Assembly (NCBI GenBank): GCA_040765985.1
Contig: JAXGRK010000002.1
Coordinates: forward strand, 9,940-73,939
Origin: Candidatus Dojkabacteria bacterium
GTDB taxonomy: Bacteria; Patescibacteriota; Dojkabacteria; SC72
Length of the DNA: 64,000 nucleotides
Direction: 5' to 3'
Shown here one piece after another: positions 1 through 9,224 of this stretch; the stretch's first letter is position 1; every line of letters starts with the position of its first letter. The notes under the pieces are model-generated. The model ran no database searches. It saw only the letters and a program-made list of their open reading frames with translations, and was not told the DNA's origin. The translations under genes were made by a program, and so were the position numbers.

Positions 1-232
1 AAATATGACTAATCTTTAACTCCTCTTTATCAACACTAAACAACTCTCTTGCACTTGCTATGGCTGAAAGTAGGGCCTTTTTTAGAGCAAGTGTACCCTT
101 CTTATTTGTTAGCTGTAATATATCCAATGCTTCAACAACATTTTTTCCTCTTATCAAATCAGCCACTAATCGTAATTTCTGTGGTGACTGAGCTAAATTT
201 TTTACTTTTATTTTTGTTCTTTTAGTTTCCAT
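1..232 (-). CDS. rplV: 50S ribosomal protein L22, 5' portion (gene runs off window start)
   Basis: Minus-strand translation from the ATG at 232-230 gives METKRTKIKVKNLAQSPQKLRLVADLIRGKNVVEALDILQ..., a typical L22 N-terminus. It lies immediately downstream of rpsS, as in the S10 operon. Not in the ORF track because it is truncated by the window edge. Confidence 0.8.
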   Translation of the reverse strand, partial: METKRTKIKVKNLAQSPQKLRLVADLIRGKNVVEALDILQLTNKKGTLALKKALLSAIASARELFSVDKEELKISHI

Positions 233-237
233 ATTTT

Positions 238-558
238 CTATTCTTTACTTGAACCCTCTTCGAATCTACCGCTACTACCATATACCTTAGCTAACTTACC
301 CTTTTTGGCATGGCCTCTAAACTTCCTTGTCTGAGAAAATTCTCCTAATCTATGCCCTATCATTGATTCTTCTATTAATACCTCTTCATGCTTCTTACCG
401 TTATGGACACCAAATGTTAAGCCAACCATCTGTGGTGTAATAGTGGAGGCCCTTGCCCATGTTTTAATTGGCTTTCTATTACCACTACTTAAAGCAAGCT
501 CTACTTTCTTCTGTAATTTTTCATCTATATATGCTCCTTTTTTTAGCGATCTAGACAT
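238..558 (-). CDS. rpsS: 30S ribosomal protein S19
   Basis: 106 aa. [16 protein letters not shown] and [18 protein letters not shown] motifs. S10-operon position between rplB and rplV. Confidence 0.93.
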   Translation of the reverse strand: MSRSLKKGAYIDEKLQKKVELALSSGNRKPIKTWARASTITPQMVGLTFGVHNGKKHEEVLIEESMIGHRLGEFSQTRKFRGHAKKGKLAKVYGSSGRFEEGSSKE

Positions 559-575
559 ATTTGTTTACTTCTAAA

Positions 576-1424
576 TTATTTCTTAGCAAAAGGTCTCTGA
601 ATACTTCTTCTCCTTTTGATAATCATCTTTTCTGTTCTTCTATTCTTTCTTGTTCTAGTTCCAATTCTGTTACCCCAAATATCTTTAGCCGTACCAATTA
701 CTCCCTTTCCTTCACCACCACCATGTGGATGTTCAACTGCATGCATTGCCATACCTCTGACAACTGGTCTCCAGCCCAAGTTTCTTTTTCTTCCTGCTTT
801 CCCCAATTTTACATTTACTCTCTCTTCATTACCTACTTGACCAATAGTGGCCATAGCGTTTGCAGGAACAAGTCTAATTTCCCCAGAAGACATTTTAATC
901 TGTACATACTTTCCTGTAGGATCTATACCCTGTACAACAATTGCCTGACCTGCAGATCTACCAAAGGTAGCACCCATACCAACCTTATTCTCTACACAAT
1001 GAACAATGGTTCCAGATGGAATGTTTTTAATCATCATTGCGTTACCAGGTAGTACATCTACCTTTTCCCCAGATATTATTACACTTCCTATATTAATATC
1101 TCGAGGTGCAATTATATATCTTTTATCTCCATCTGCATACTGTAAAAGAGCCAAATTAGCACTTCTATTTGGATCAAAATAAAATCCTAAAACCTTGGCC
1201 TCTATACCAAACTTATCTCTCTTAAAGTCTATCTTTCTTACTCTTCTCTTAAAACCTCCTCCTCTATGTCTAATAGTGATTTTGCCTTGATTATTTCTTC
1301 CTGATTTCTGTTTTTTAGCAATAGATAACGCTCTTGGGCCACCTGTCTTCTCTAACATTGACCTATCCTCTAACTTTGTTCCTCTTAATGTAGAAGTTGT
1401 AGCTTTAAATGTTCTAACTTTCAT
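576..1424 (-). CDS. rplB: 50S ribosomal protein L2
   Basis: 282 aa. MAMHAVEHPHGGGEGK signature. Operon context. Confidence 0.95.
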   Translation of the reverse strand: MKVRTFKATTSTLRGTKLEDRSMLEKTGGPRALSIAKKQKSGRNNQGKITIRHRGGGFKRRVRKIDFKRDKFGIEAKVLGFYFDPNRSANLALLQYADGDKRYIIAPRDINIGSVIISGEKVDVLPGNAMMIKNIPSGTIVHCVENKVGMGATFGRSAGQAIVVQGIDPTGKYVQIKMSSGEIRLVPANAMATIGQVGNEERVNVKLGKAGRKRNLGWRPVVRGMAMHAVEHPHGGGEGKGVIGTAKDIWGNRIGTRTRKNRRTEKMIIKRRRSIQRPFAKK

Positions 1425-1720
1425 TATTTTATATTTAAGAATTCATCAATTTTATCTCCTTTTTTTAGAGTAACTACTGCTTTTCTTTTATCTTCTTTTC
1501 TAAATGCCTTATTAGTTTTCCATTCCTTAAATCCTTTTCCTGGTTTTATTGTAATGTTTACACTTAACACCTTAACTTTGTATTTCTTCTCTACAGCTTT
1601 CTTTATTTCAATTTTGTTAATACCATTATCAACAAAGAAAACATACTTATTACTCTCATTTGCAAGAGCATAGCTTTTCTCTGAAACTACTGGTTTTAAC
1701 ATTATCTCTTTACTTTCCAT
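1424..1720 (-). CDS. rplW: 50S ribosomal protein L23
   Basis: 98 aa. L23-like sequence between rplD and rplB. 1-nt overlap with rplB. Confidence 0.9.
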   Translation of the reverse strand: MESKEIMLKPVVSEKSYALANESNKYVFFVDNGINKIEIKKAVEKKYKVKVLSVNITIKPGKGFKEWKTNKAFRKEDKRKAVVTLKKGDKIDEFLNIK

Positions 1721-2315
1721 TTAAAAGACGACTTTCTAATTTATCTACTGCTTTTTTATCCATTACTATCTCTCTGTTACCTACAATATGTTTAACATTT
1801 ACTCTCATTGGAGTTATGACATTTATTTTTTCACTATTTCTTAATGCTAACCTAACTTTATCATCATCAGATATTATCAATGTTTTAACAGATATATCCT
1901 TAGTCATTAACTTTCTAATATCTTTTAACTCCTTATCTTTATCTGTATTTACAAACTTAACAGCATCATTTCTATTTCTATCTGAAAGAACTACACACAT
2001 AGCTTTCTTAACCATTCCTTTGTTAATATTTCTTTTCCAATTTCTTTCATTAGGACCAAATGCAACACCACCACCTACCCATAGAGGGGACCTTATAGAC
2101 CCAGATCTTGCTCTTCCTGTACCTTTCTGTTTCCATGGTTTCCTACCACCTCCAGATACATCACCCTTTCCTTTAACAGCTGATGTCCCTTTTCTTTCAT
2201 TACTTGAGAATACAGAAAGTACTTGAGAAACCAAATCTGCATTGTAAGGAACATTCCAGACCTTTGGATTTAACTTAATCTCTTCAGTTTTGGTCTTTTT
2301 TACTTTCTCTGCCAT
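1710..2315 (-). CDS. rplD: 50S ribosomal protein L4
   Basis: 201 aa. KPWKQKGTGRARSGSIRSPLWVGGGVAFGP is the L4 core. Confidence 0.93.
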   Translation of the reverse strand: MAEKVKKTKTEEIKLNPKVWNVPYNADLVSQVLSVFSSNERKGTSAVKGKGDVSGGGRKPWKQKGTGRARSGSIRSPLWVGGGVAFGPNERNWKRNINKGMVKKAMCVVLSDRNRNDAVKFVNTDKDKELKDIRKLMTKDISVKTLIISDDDKVRLALRNSEKINVITPMRVNVKHIVGNREIVMDKKAVDKLESRLLNGK

Positions 2316-2317
2316 TT

Positions 2318-2903
2318 CTATTTTTCAATATATATTTTTACTAAATCTCCATTTGAACCAGGTATTGGTCCACTAATTAAAATGTGGTTATCTTTAATAC
2401 CAACTATTCTCTTATTTTTAATTGTCACCTTGTCTGAACCCATTCTTCCACCCATTCTAGTTCCTTTAAATACTCTACCTGGATCTGTACCTGCGCCAAT
2501 AGAACCAGGAGCTCTCAACCTATCTGATTGTCCGTGTGTTCTAGGCCCTCCTTTAAATCCATGCCTTTTTACTACACCTGCAAAACCCTTACCCTTAGAC
2601 ACACCACTTACTGTAACAATATCACCCTCATTAAATGTCTCTGCTACTAAGTCACTTCCTAAAGCTAAGCCCTCTGGTAACTCTCCCTCAACAAGCCATT
2701 TGTGCATAGGGACATATCCAAGTTCTTTGTATTGGCCTAGTTGTGCTTTTGTACCTTTCTTTTACTACCTAAAGTAAGTTCAATCTTGTCACCTTTAACA
2801 TTGGCTATCTTACATCCAGCAACATCAATAAAAGTAACAGGTATTGCCCTGTCTTTCTCGAATATCCTTGTCATTCCTTTTTTAATTCCTAATATTGCTT
2901 TCA
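2318..2903 (-). CDS. rplC: 50S ribosomal protein L3, reading frame interrupted by an apparent 1-nt deletion near 2752-2756
   Basis: The N-terminal segment MKAILGIKKGMTRIFEKDRAIPVTFIDVAGCKIANVKGDKIELTLGSKR (from the ATG at 2903) is in a different frame from the track ORF 2318..2707 (KGTKAQLGQYKELGYVPMHKWL...GPRTHGQSDRLRAPGSIGAGTDPGRVFKG). Restoring one A in the run aaaag joins them into a full-length L3. Confidence 0.85.
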
Positions 2904-2915
2904 TATTTTTTTTAA

Positions 2916-3227
2916 TTATTGAATCTCAAGTCCCACACCAGCTGGCATTTGTAGATGCTGTAATGCATCTATTGTCTTAGGTGTTGGATCAATGATATCT
3001 ATTACTCTCTTGTGAGTAGCTATCTCAAAGTGTTCAATTGAACTCTTATAGATAAATGGTGACCTGTTAACAGCCAATTTCCTCTTTCTTGTTGGTAAAG
3101 GAATAGGACCAGCTACCTTAGCACCTGTACTAATAGCAGTCTCTATAATGCTTTTAGAGGATTTATCCAATACTACTGCATCATATCCTTTTAACTTTAC
3201 TCTGATTTTTGAACCTCTTTCACTCAT
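2916..3227 (-). CDS. rpsJ: 30S ribosomal protein S10
   Basis: 103 aa. [16 protein letters not shown]...[14 protein letters not shown], typical S10. First gene of the S10 operon. Confidence 0.93.
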   Translation of the reverse strand: MSERGSKIRVKLKGYDAVVLDKSSKSIIETAISTGAKVAGPIPLPTRKRKLAVNRSPFIYKSSIEHFEIATHKRVIDIIDPTPKTIDALQHLQMPAGVGLEIQ

Positions 3228-3265
3228 TCTATCTTAAAGAGCTAAATTAATTTTTTTTATATATA

Positions 3266-3285
3266 CAGGGAGCTAACGCTCCCTG
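3266..3285. other. GC-rich perfect hairpin (8-bp stem cagggagc/gctccctg, 4-nt loop) in the AT-rich tuf-rpsJ spacer
   Basis: Inverted repeat read directly from the sequence. A T8 run lies 5' of it on the plus strand and an A8 run 3' on the minus transcript, so it is not a canonical intrinsic terminator for either strand. Possible attenuator or processing site. Confidence 0.3.
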
Positions 3286-3301
3286 TAAATAATCTTTGTA
3301 A

Positions 3302-4468
3302 TTACTTGATAACCTCAGTTACAATACCCTTTCCTACTGTTTGACCACCCTCTCTAATTGCGAAACCTTGTCCCTTTTCTATTACAACTGGAGCCATAAG
3401 CTTTACTGTAAATTCTGTATTATCTCCTGGAGCTACCATTTCAATTCCCTCAGCCAATGTAACTTCACCAGTTACGTCTGCTGTTCTGACATAGAACTGT
3501 GGTTTGTATCCAGTTATAAATGGAGTATGTCTTCCACCTTCATCTTTACTTAAGATATATACCTCTGCCTTGAAATCAGTATGAGTTTGTACAGAACCTG
3601 GTAAAGAAAGTGTTTGACCTCTTTCTACATCAGTTCTCTTTAAACCTCTTAACAATATTCCAACGTTATCTCCTGCCTGACAATCTTTCATTGATTTGTT
3701 GAACATTTCAATTCCTGTTGCAGCTGTTTTCTGTGGCTTTCTTCCCATTCCTAATATCTCTACATCATCGTTAAGTTTGAGAACTCCTCTTTCAATTCTT
3801 CCTGTTACAACTGTTCCTCTTCCTTCGATAGAGAATACATCTTCAATTGGCATTAAGAATGGTTTCTCAATATCCCTCTCTGGTATTGGGATAAATTCGT
3901 CAACAGCTTTCATCAATTCTCTCGCAGATGCCAATCCTTCCTCTTCACCTTTCTCTGCTTTTAGTGCATTACCAATTATTACTGGAGCGTTTGCATCATA
4001 TCCGTATTTTGCTAAAAGATCTGATACATCTGCTTTGATCAATTCTAATATTTCCTCGTCTGCATCTCCGAATTTATTAATAAATACAACCATCTTTGGA
4101 ACACCTACCTGCTTTGCAAGTAAGATATGCTCTTTTGTTTGAGGCATAGCACCATCATCAGATGATACAACTAATATTGCACCATCCATTTGAGCTGCAC
4201 CTGTAATCATATTTTTGATGTAGTCTTTGTGTCCTGGGCAATCTACTAATGCGTAGTGTCTAGTGTCTGTTTCAAACTCGACATGAGCTACTGCAACAGT
4301 AATAGATTTTGCTCTTGACTCTGGGTCTTTATCTAATTTATCGATCATTTTATCTTTCTCTCCAGAGAAAGCATTAAGAATACCTCTAACCAAAGTTGTC
4401 TTACCGTGATCGATATGACCTAAGGTTCCGATATTCATATGTGGCTTTGTTCTTGTAAAGTCTGCCAT
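3302..4468 (-). CDS. tuf: Elongation factor Tu
   Basis: 388 aa. [15 protein letters not shown] and NKFD GTPase motifs. Full-length. Confidence 0.97.
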   Translation of the reverse strand: MADFTRTKPHMNIGTLGHIDHGKTTLVRGILNAFSGEKDKMIDKLDKDPESRAKSITVAVAHVEFETDTRHYALVDCPGHKDYIKNMITGAAQMDGAILVVSSDDGAMPQTKEHILLAKQVGVPKMVVFINKFGDADEEILELIKADVSDLLAKYGYDANAPVIIGNALKAEKGEEEGLASARELMKAVDEFIPIPERDIEKPFLMPIEDVFSIEGRGTVVTGRIERGVLKLNDDVEILGMGRKPQKTAATGIEMFNKSMKDCQAGDNVGILLRGLKRTDVERGQTLSLPGSVQTHTDFKAEVYILSKDEGGRHTPFITGYKPQFYVRTADVTGEVTLAEGIEMVAPGDNTEFTVKLMAPVVIEKGQGFAIREGGQTVGKGIVTEVIK

Positions 4469-4624
4469 TTAAATATTTAATTAATTTATATATATTTATT
4501 AACAACGCAATACTCACCGAACACCATTCCGCGAGCTTGCGTTGAATATTATCAAAAAGCCCCGATATATGCAAGTGTTTAAGGTGTATTTTGATATATA
4601 TGGGATACTCTTAATACAAATCTT

Positions 4625-6727
4625 TTACTTTTTAACTCCAGCTACCTCCTCTGCTACATTTTTTGGCACTTCTGCATAGTGTGATGGCTCCATACTTGCA
4701 CTACCTCTACCGCTAGTTAAAGACCTTAATTCACTTGTATATCCAAAGAGTTCTGAAAGTGGGACTAGCGCATTTATTACTGTAATACCATTTCCAATAT
4801 CTTCTGTACCTTGAATTTGACCTCTCTTACTACTTAATGATCCCGTAACATCTCCCATGTATTGCTGAGGTACTTCTACTGCTACATCCATAATTGGTTC
4901 TAAAAGAATAGGGGTTGCCCTTCTACATCCCTCTTTAAATGCCATAGATGCAGCAACCTTGAAAGCTGCTTCAGAAGAGTCGACCTCATGATAGGATCCA
5001 TCAAAAAGGGTAACTTTAACATCTACAACAGGGAAACCTGCAACTACTCCGGCCTTCATAGTTTCTTCAACACCCTTTTGTATTGGAGCTATATACTCTC
5101 TTGGAATAGCTCCTCCCTTGATAGCGTTTATAAATTCGAAACCTTTACCCATTTCGTTAGGCTCAATCTTTAACCAACAGTGTCCGTACTGTCCCTTACC
5201 TCCAGATTGTTTAATATATTTACCCTCTGCCTGTTCACAAACAGATTTAACCGTTTCTCTATATGCTACCTGTGGTTTACCGACATTAGCAACAACATTA
5301 AACTCTCTTTTCATTCTATCTACCATAATTTCAAGATGTAACTCACCCATACCTGAGATAATGGTTTGACCTGTTTCAATATTACTCTCAACTCTAAATG
5401 TTGGATCTTCTTTAACTAATCTAATTAAAGCCTCAGACATCTTCTCTTCATCTGACTTCGTAGCAGGTTCTATGGCCTGAGATACGACTGGCTCTGCAAA
5501 TACAATCTGTTCCAATATTATTGGATTACTCTCATCACAAAGAGTATCTCCTGTAACAGAAGCTTTAAGTCCAACTATTGCTCCGATATCTCCAGCTCTT
5601 AATGTGTCAACCTCTTCTCTATCATCTGCATGCATAAGGACTAACCTACTAATTCTCTCTCGAATATTTTTAGTCGAATTGTATACATATGAACCCGAAT
5701 TTACTGTTCCAGAGTACACTCTAAAATATGAAAGGTTCCCTATATGTGAATCATTGACAATCTTGAAAACTAATCCAGAGAATGGCTCACCCTCTTCGGG
5801 TTTTCTTTCGATTTCTGCACCACTTTTTGGATGGTCTCCTTGCACAGGAGGAACATCTAAAGGAGATGGTAAGCACAAAGAGATGTAATCTAGGATTGTT
5901 CTTGCCATAATAGTTCTTGAATCCCCACCCAATACTGGGAATATTTTACTTTCCAAAGTACCTTTTCTTAAGGCGACTTTCAATTCGTCAACCGAAATCT
6001 CTTCTCCCGCAAAAAACTTCTCCATTAACTTATCATCCATTTCAACCAATGCCTCTATCAATGTAGCCCTTTGTTCCTGGGCCTTACTCTTTAAATCTTC
6101 AGGTATGGGGATTTCTTTTATCTCTTGAGAATCTGCTGAGTCATATTCGAATGCTTTATTTAGAAGTAAATCAACATATCCATGTAGTTCACTCTCTCTT
6201 CCTATTGGGATATTTAGTGCAACGGCTTTGTTACTAAGTCTTTTTTTAATAGTATCAAAACTCTTATCAAAATCTCCACCTATTAAATTAATCTTATTTA
6301 AGAAACATATTCTTGGAACATGATATTTATTTGCTTGCCTCCATACAGTTTCAGATTGTGGCTCAACACCCTTTCTTCCATCAAAGATTACTACCGCACC
6401 ATCTAATACTCTTAATGATCTTTCTACTTCAGCAGTAAAGTCTACGTGCCCTGGGGTATCTATGATATTGATTCTGTATCTTTTAGAATCATAGTCCCAG
6501 AAACATGTAACAGCGGCAGATTGAATTGTAATACCTCTTTCTTGCTCTTGTTCCATAAAGTCGGTAGTTGCTGCACCCTCATGTACTTCACCCATCTTAT
6601 GGATTTGACCAGTATAGAATAGAAGCCGTTCAGTTGTAGTAGTCTTACCAGCATCAATATGAGCAATAATTCCAATATTTCTTATCTGCTCTAATGGCAT
6701 TTTTATATCATAGGTTTGCATATCCAA
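4625..6727 (-). CDS. fusA: Elongation factor G
   Basis: 700 aa. [23 protein letters not shown], full EF-G domain set. Intact over 2.1 kb. Confidence 0.97.
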   Translation of the reverse strand: MDMQTYDIKMPLEQIRNIGIIAHIDAGKTTTTERLLFYTGQIHKMGEVHEGAATTDFMEQEQERGITIQSAAVTCFWDYDSKRYRINIIDTPGHVDFTAEVERSLRVLDGAVVIFDGRKGVEPQSETVWRQANKYHVPRICFLNKINLIGGDFDKSFDTIKKRLSNKAVALNIPIGRESELHGYVDLLLNKAFEYDSADSQEIKEIPIPEDLKSKAQEQRATLIEALVEMDDKLMEKFFAGEEISVDELKVALRKGTLESKIFPVLGGDSRTIMARTILDYISLCLPSPLDVPPVQGDHPKSGAEIERKPEEGEPFSGLVFKIVNDSHIGNLSYFRVYSGTVNSGSYVYNSTKNIRERISRLVLMHADDREEVDTLRAGDIGAIVGLKASVTGDTLCDESNPIILEQIVFAEPVVSQAIEPATKSDEEKMSEALIRLVKEDPTFRVESNIETGQTIISGMGELHLEIMVDRMKREFNVVANVGKPQVAYRETVKSVCEQAEGKYIKQSGGKGQYGHCWLKIEPNEMGKGFEFINAIKGGAIPREYIAPIQKGVEETMKAGVVAGFPVVDVKVTLFDGSYHEVDSSEAAFKVAASMAFKEGCRRATPILLEPIMDVAVEVPQQYMGDVTGSLSSKRGQIQGTEDIGNGITVINALVPLSELFGYTSELRSLTSGRGSASMEPSHYAEVPKNVAEEVAGVKK

Positions 6728-6779
6728 AAATCATTAAATTAAAACCTAATATGAGAACTTAGGATTACACGCGGTATGG

Positions 6780-6808
6780 ATTATAACAGACTAATCGATT
6801 TGAGCCAA
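6780..6808 (-). promoter_or_regulatory. Candidate sigma70-type promoter for fusA-tuf-S10 transcription (TTGGCT-N17-TATAAT with TG extended -10)
   Basis: The minus strand reads ttggctcaaatcgattagtcTGtTATAATcc about 50 nt upstream of the fusA ATG. The -35 lies inside the last codons of the upstream TPR gene. Confidence 0.4.
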
Positions 6809-8221
6809 TAGCTTTTGTGCTTCTATTGATATTTCTCCATCCAAATCATACTCTATTGCCTTTTTAGCAAAATCTCTGGCCTCATCTAATTGTCCTTTCT
6901 CAAAGAAAAGTCTGGCAGATAGTAGATTGTAACCAGGGTTATATTTATCTAACTCCCAAAATATATCTAAGGTTTTTTGTGCTTCATCAAGCTCCGAGTT
7001 ATCAATAAGATACTCCCCTTTGAGGTATAGATACTCGAGTTTCTGTGTTTTATCTAATTCTTCATAATCAATAGAGTTCATGTAGTATTCGAATTTTTCA
7101 CTATCATTTCTTAGAGAATATATATTCATGTAATATATCTGTATCCAAAATTCGTTGAATATATTTCCAGCAATTTTAGTAACTTCTAGGCCCTTTTCAG
7201 TAAGATTCTCATCAACAAGAATATTGAGATACTCTCTAAACAATTCTACCTCTGCCTTATTACCCCCATAGGAGATAGCACTATCATAATATGCTGTGGC
7301 ATTATTCAAATCATCTTTTAAGTAGTAGCTTCTTGCAAGAATCCAGTATATATACTGATTAAGATCACTAAGTGTAGATAAATTTTCTAATACCTCAATA
7401 CTTTTCTCATATTGCCCATACTCAAAATATCCCTTCCCTAATATATACAAACCATCAATATATTCACCCATATCATTTAAATGTGGTTCCAACAAAGCGA
7501 TTGTTAAGTAAGGATACTGAGCATCAATATAGTACTTACCTAGTTTTGTGCCATTGAATAGGACATCTTCGTTAAGTGTATCTAAAACTGATATCCAATC
7601 TGAATACTCCTCCCTCCATTCATCTCCGGGTTCAATATCTTTAATTGAAGATTTAGCTTTCTCAAAGTTACCCAATGCTTCAATATACGAAAGTAATAGT
7701 TTTGCTTCTATTTGCATATCCCCATCAAAATTTTCTTGTAACATAGATTTAGCTTCTTCAATCTTTCCTTTTTGAATATAGCTTTTTCCAAGACCAAGTA
7801 AAGCTTCTTTATTACCAGAATCCATACTCTTCGCTAATTGATAGTTGTATAGAGCTCTCTCGTAGTTACCTACTAGATATTGTTGCTCACCAACGGAAGA
7901 GTAAAGTATGGACCTATCTTTATCATCTAACTCAACACCAGATTCATCTATTAACTTAGTAGCATCTTCCAATCTATTCTTTAAGATAAAGATGTCTACA
8001 ATACCTTGAAGTGCCTCTGGTCTTGAAGGGATTAAATCAACAGCTGTGCTTAATTTCTCAATAGCTGGAGTATACTCCTTGCCATCAATTAAAATATTGG
8101 CATCTGAGATAAGTATGTCGTATTCATTCATCTTTTCTTCAGACACAGTACAACCAGACAGAAGGAATCCACATACAACAACTATTGTAAATAGAGATAA
8201 ATTTTTTAATATATTTTTCAT
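6791..8221 (-). CDS. TPR-repeat lipoprotein
   Basis: 476 aa. N-terminal MKNILKNLSLFTIVVVCGFLLSGC lipobox. Repeated roughly 34-aa Y/A/L-rich TPR-like units. Confidence 0.65.
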   Translation of the reverse strand: MKNILKNLSLFTIVVVCGFLLSGCTVSEEKMNEYDILISDANILIDGKEYTPAIEKLSTAVDLIPSRPEALQGIVDIFILKNRLEDATKLIDESGVELDDKDRSILYSSVGEQQYLVGNYERALYNYQLAKSMDSGNKEALLGLGKSYIQKGKIEEAKSMLQENFDGDMQIEAKLLLSYIEALGNFEKAKSSIKDIEPGDEWREEYSDWISVLDTLNEDVLFNGTKLGKYYIDAQYPYLTIALLEPHLNDMGEYIDGLYILGKGYFEYGQYEKSIEVLENLSTLSDLNQYIYWILARSYYLKDDLNNATAYYDSAISYGGNKAEVELFREYLNILVDENLTEKGLEVTKIAGNIFNEFWIQIYYMNIYSLRNDSEKFEYYMNSIDYEELDKTQKLEYLYLKGEYLIDNSELDEAQKTLDIFWELDKYNPGYNLLSARLFFEKGQLDEARDFAKKAIEYDLDGEISIEAQKLLAQID

Positions 8222-8291
8222 ATTTCCTATTGTACATAAGTTTTTACAATCATGCTATACTTTGACTACTCCCATAATATATGGAGTCAGT

Positions 8292-9224
8292 ATGGACGCT
8301 AACATATACTACAAACAAAAGAAAAGGAGCACACTAATCCCGATCCTATTTTCCCTCATATTTGGATTTCTTTTTATTTTTTTCCTTTCCAATATAGATA
8401 TGGTCGTATTTGCTCAACAGGAAAAATATCTTTCTGATTCCGAATTTAAAAATATTTCCTTTATACCAAGCTTGAATACTACGAACCCTTCGAGTGGCCT
8501 AAAACTAATTACCATAGTAAAGGATGATACCGTTTACAAAATAATTACTAAATCATCAGATATATTCCAAATATTCAGAGAAAACGACATATTACTTGAC
8601 GAGAAAGATGTTGTTACTTTAAGTACACAGTATATTCAAAATGGAACTATTATTACTGTTGTGAGAACAGATAAGATAATAGTTTTTAAATTTATAGATG
8701 TAGCGTATAAAACCCAAACTGTAGAAAATAGTGCATATCTTAAGGGTCAAAAAAATATTAAACAGAAAGGAATAAATGGAGTAATGAAACAGAAATTACT
8801 TAATACTTATGAGAATGGGTATCTAGTTGAAAGTATATTAATATCTGAAGAGATTGATATACAACCTGTAAATGAAATAATTGAATTAGGAACATCCGAT
8901 TTTCTCTTAAAAGATATTGAAAAAAGAGATTATGACTGTCCTTTCTGGTACTCCGTGGTTGATTCTGGACCATACAGTGAGGAAGAAAAAAAATGGCTAA
9001 AGTTTATTATGTACTGCGAATCTGGATGTAATGCAGAATCTGATAAAGGAACATACAAAGGTCTATTTCAATGGAGTCCATATTGGTGGAAGAAACAGTT
9101 TCCAGAAAATATTTTTGATGGATATGCACAGATTAAACATACTATCGAAAAATATAGGGCTGGGGAATCTACTAGAAGAAATCAGTGGCCAGCATGTCAT
9201 TCTAGATATCTTGAAAACAATTAA
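8292..9224 (+). CDS. Membrane-anchored G5-domain protein with C-terminal Rpf-like (transglycosylase-like) domain, RpfB-like
   Basis: The track ORF 8046 overlaps the convergent TPR gene, so it is trimmed here to the in-frame ATG at 8292 (MDANIYY...), which is followed by a TM helix. The central VVRTDKIIVF...YLKGQKNIKQKGINGVMKQ region resembles a G5 domain. C-terminal MYCESGCNAESDKGTYKGLFQWSPYWW matches the Rpf CESGGNW...GLYQFS..TW signature. Confidence 0.55.
   Translation: MDANIYYKQKKRSTLIPILFSLIFGFLFIFFLSNIDMVVFAQQEKYLSDSEFKNISFIPSLNTTNPSSGLKLITIVKDDTVYKIITKSSDIFQIFRENDILLDEKDVVTLSTQYIQNGTIITVVRTDKIIVFKFIDVAYKTQTVENSAYLKGQKNIKQKGINGVMKQKLLNTYENGYLVESILISEEIDIQPVNEIIELGTSDFLLKDIEKRDYDCPFWYSVVDSGPYSEEEKKWLKFIMYCESGCNAESDKGTYKGLFQWSPYWWKKQFPENIFDGYAQIKHTIEKYRAGESTRRNQWPACHSRYLENN

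Noticed and set aside
561-2777. Plus-strand track ORFs 561..1052, 616..840, 1660..2226, 2382..2777 and 2741..2980 (similarly 3341..3553, 3696..4142, 4988..5888, 7548..7775, 14920..15405, 16472..17041, 58349..58648, 61137..61472 etc.).
   Set aside because: They lie antisense to strongly supported minus-strand genes (ribosomal proteins, tuf, fusA, envelope genes). They have low-complexity S/L/P/F-rich translations typical of shadow ORFs.
8046-8291. The 5' 82 codons of track ORF 8046..9224.
   Set aside because: It overlaps the last roughly 60 codons of the convergent TPR lipoprotein gene and begins at a non-ATG codon. The in-frame ATG at 8292, followed by a TM helix, is the plausible start.
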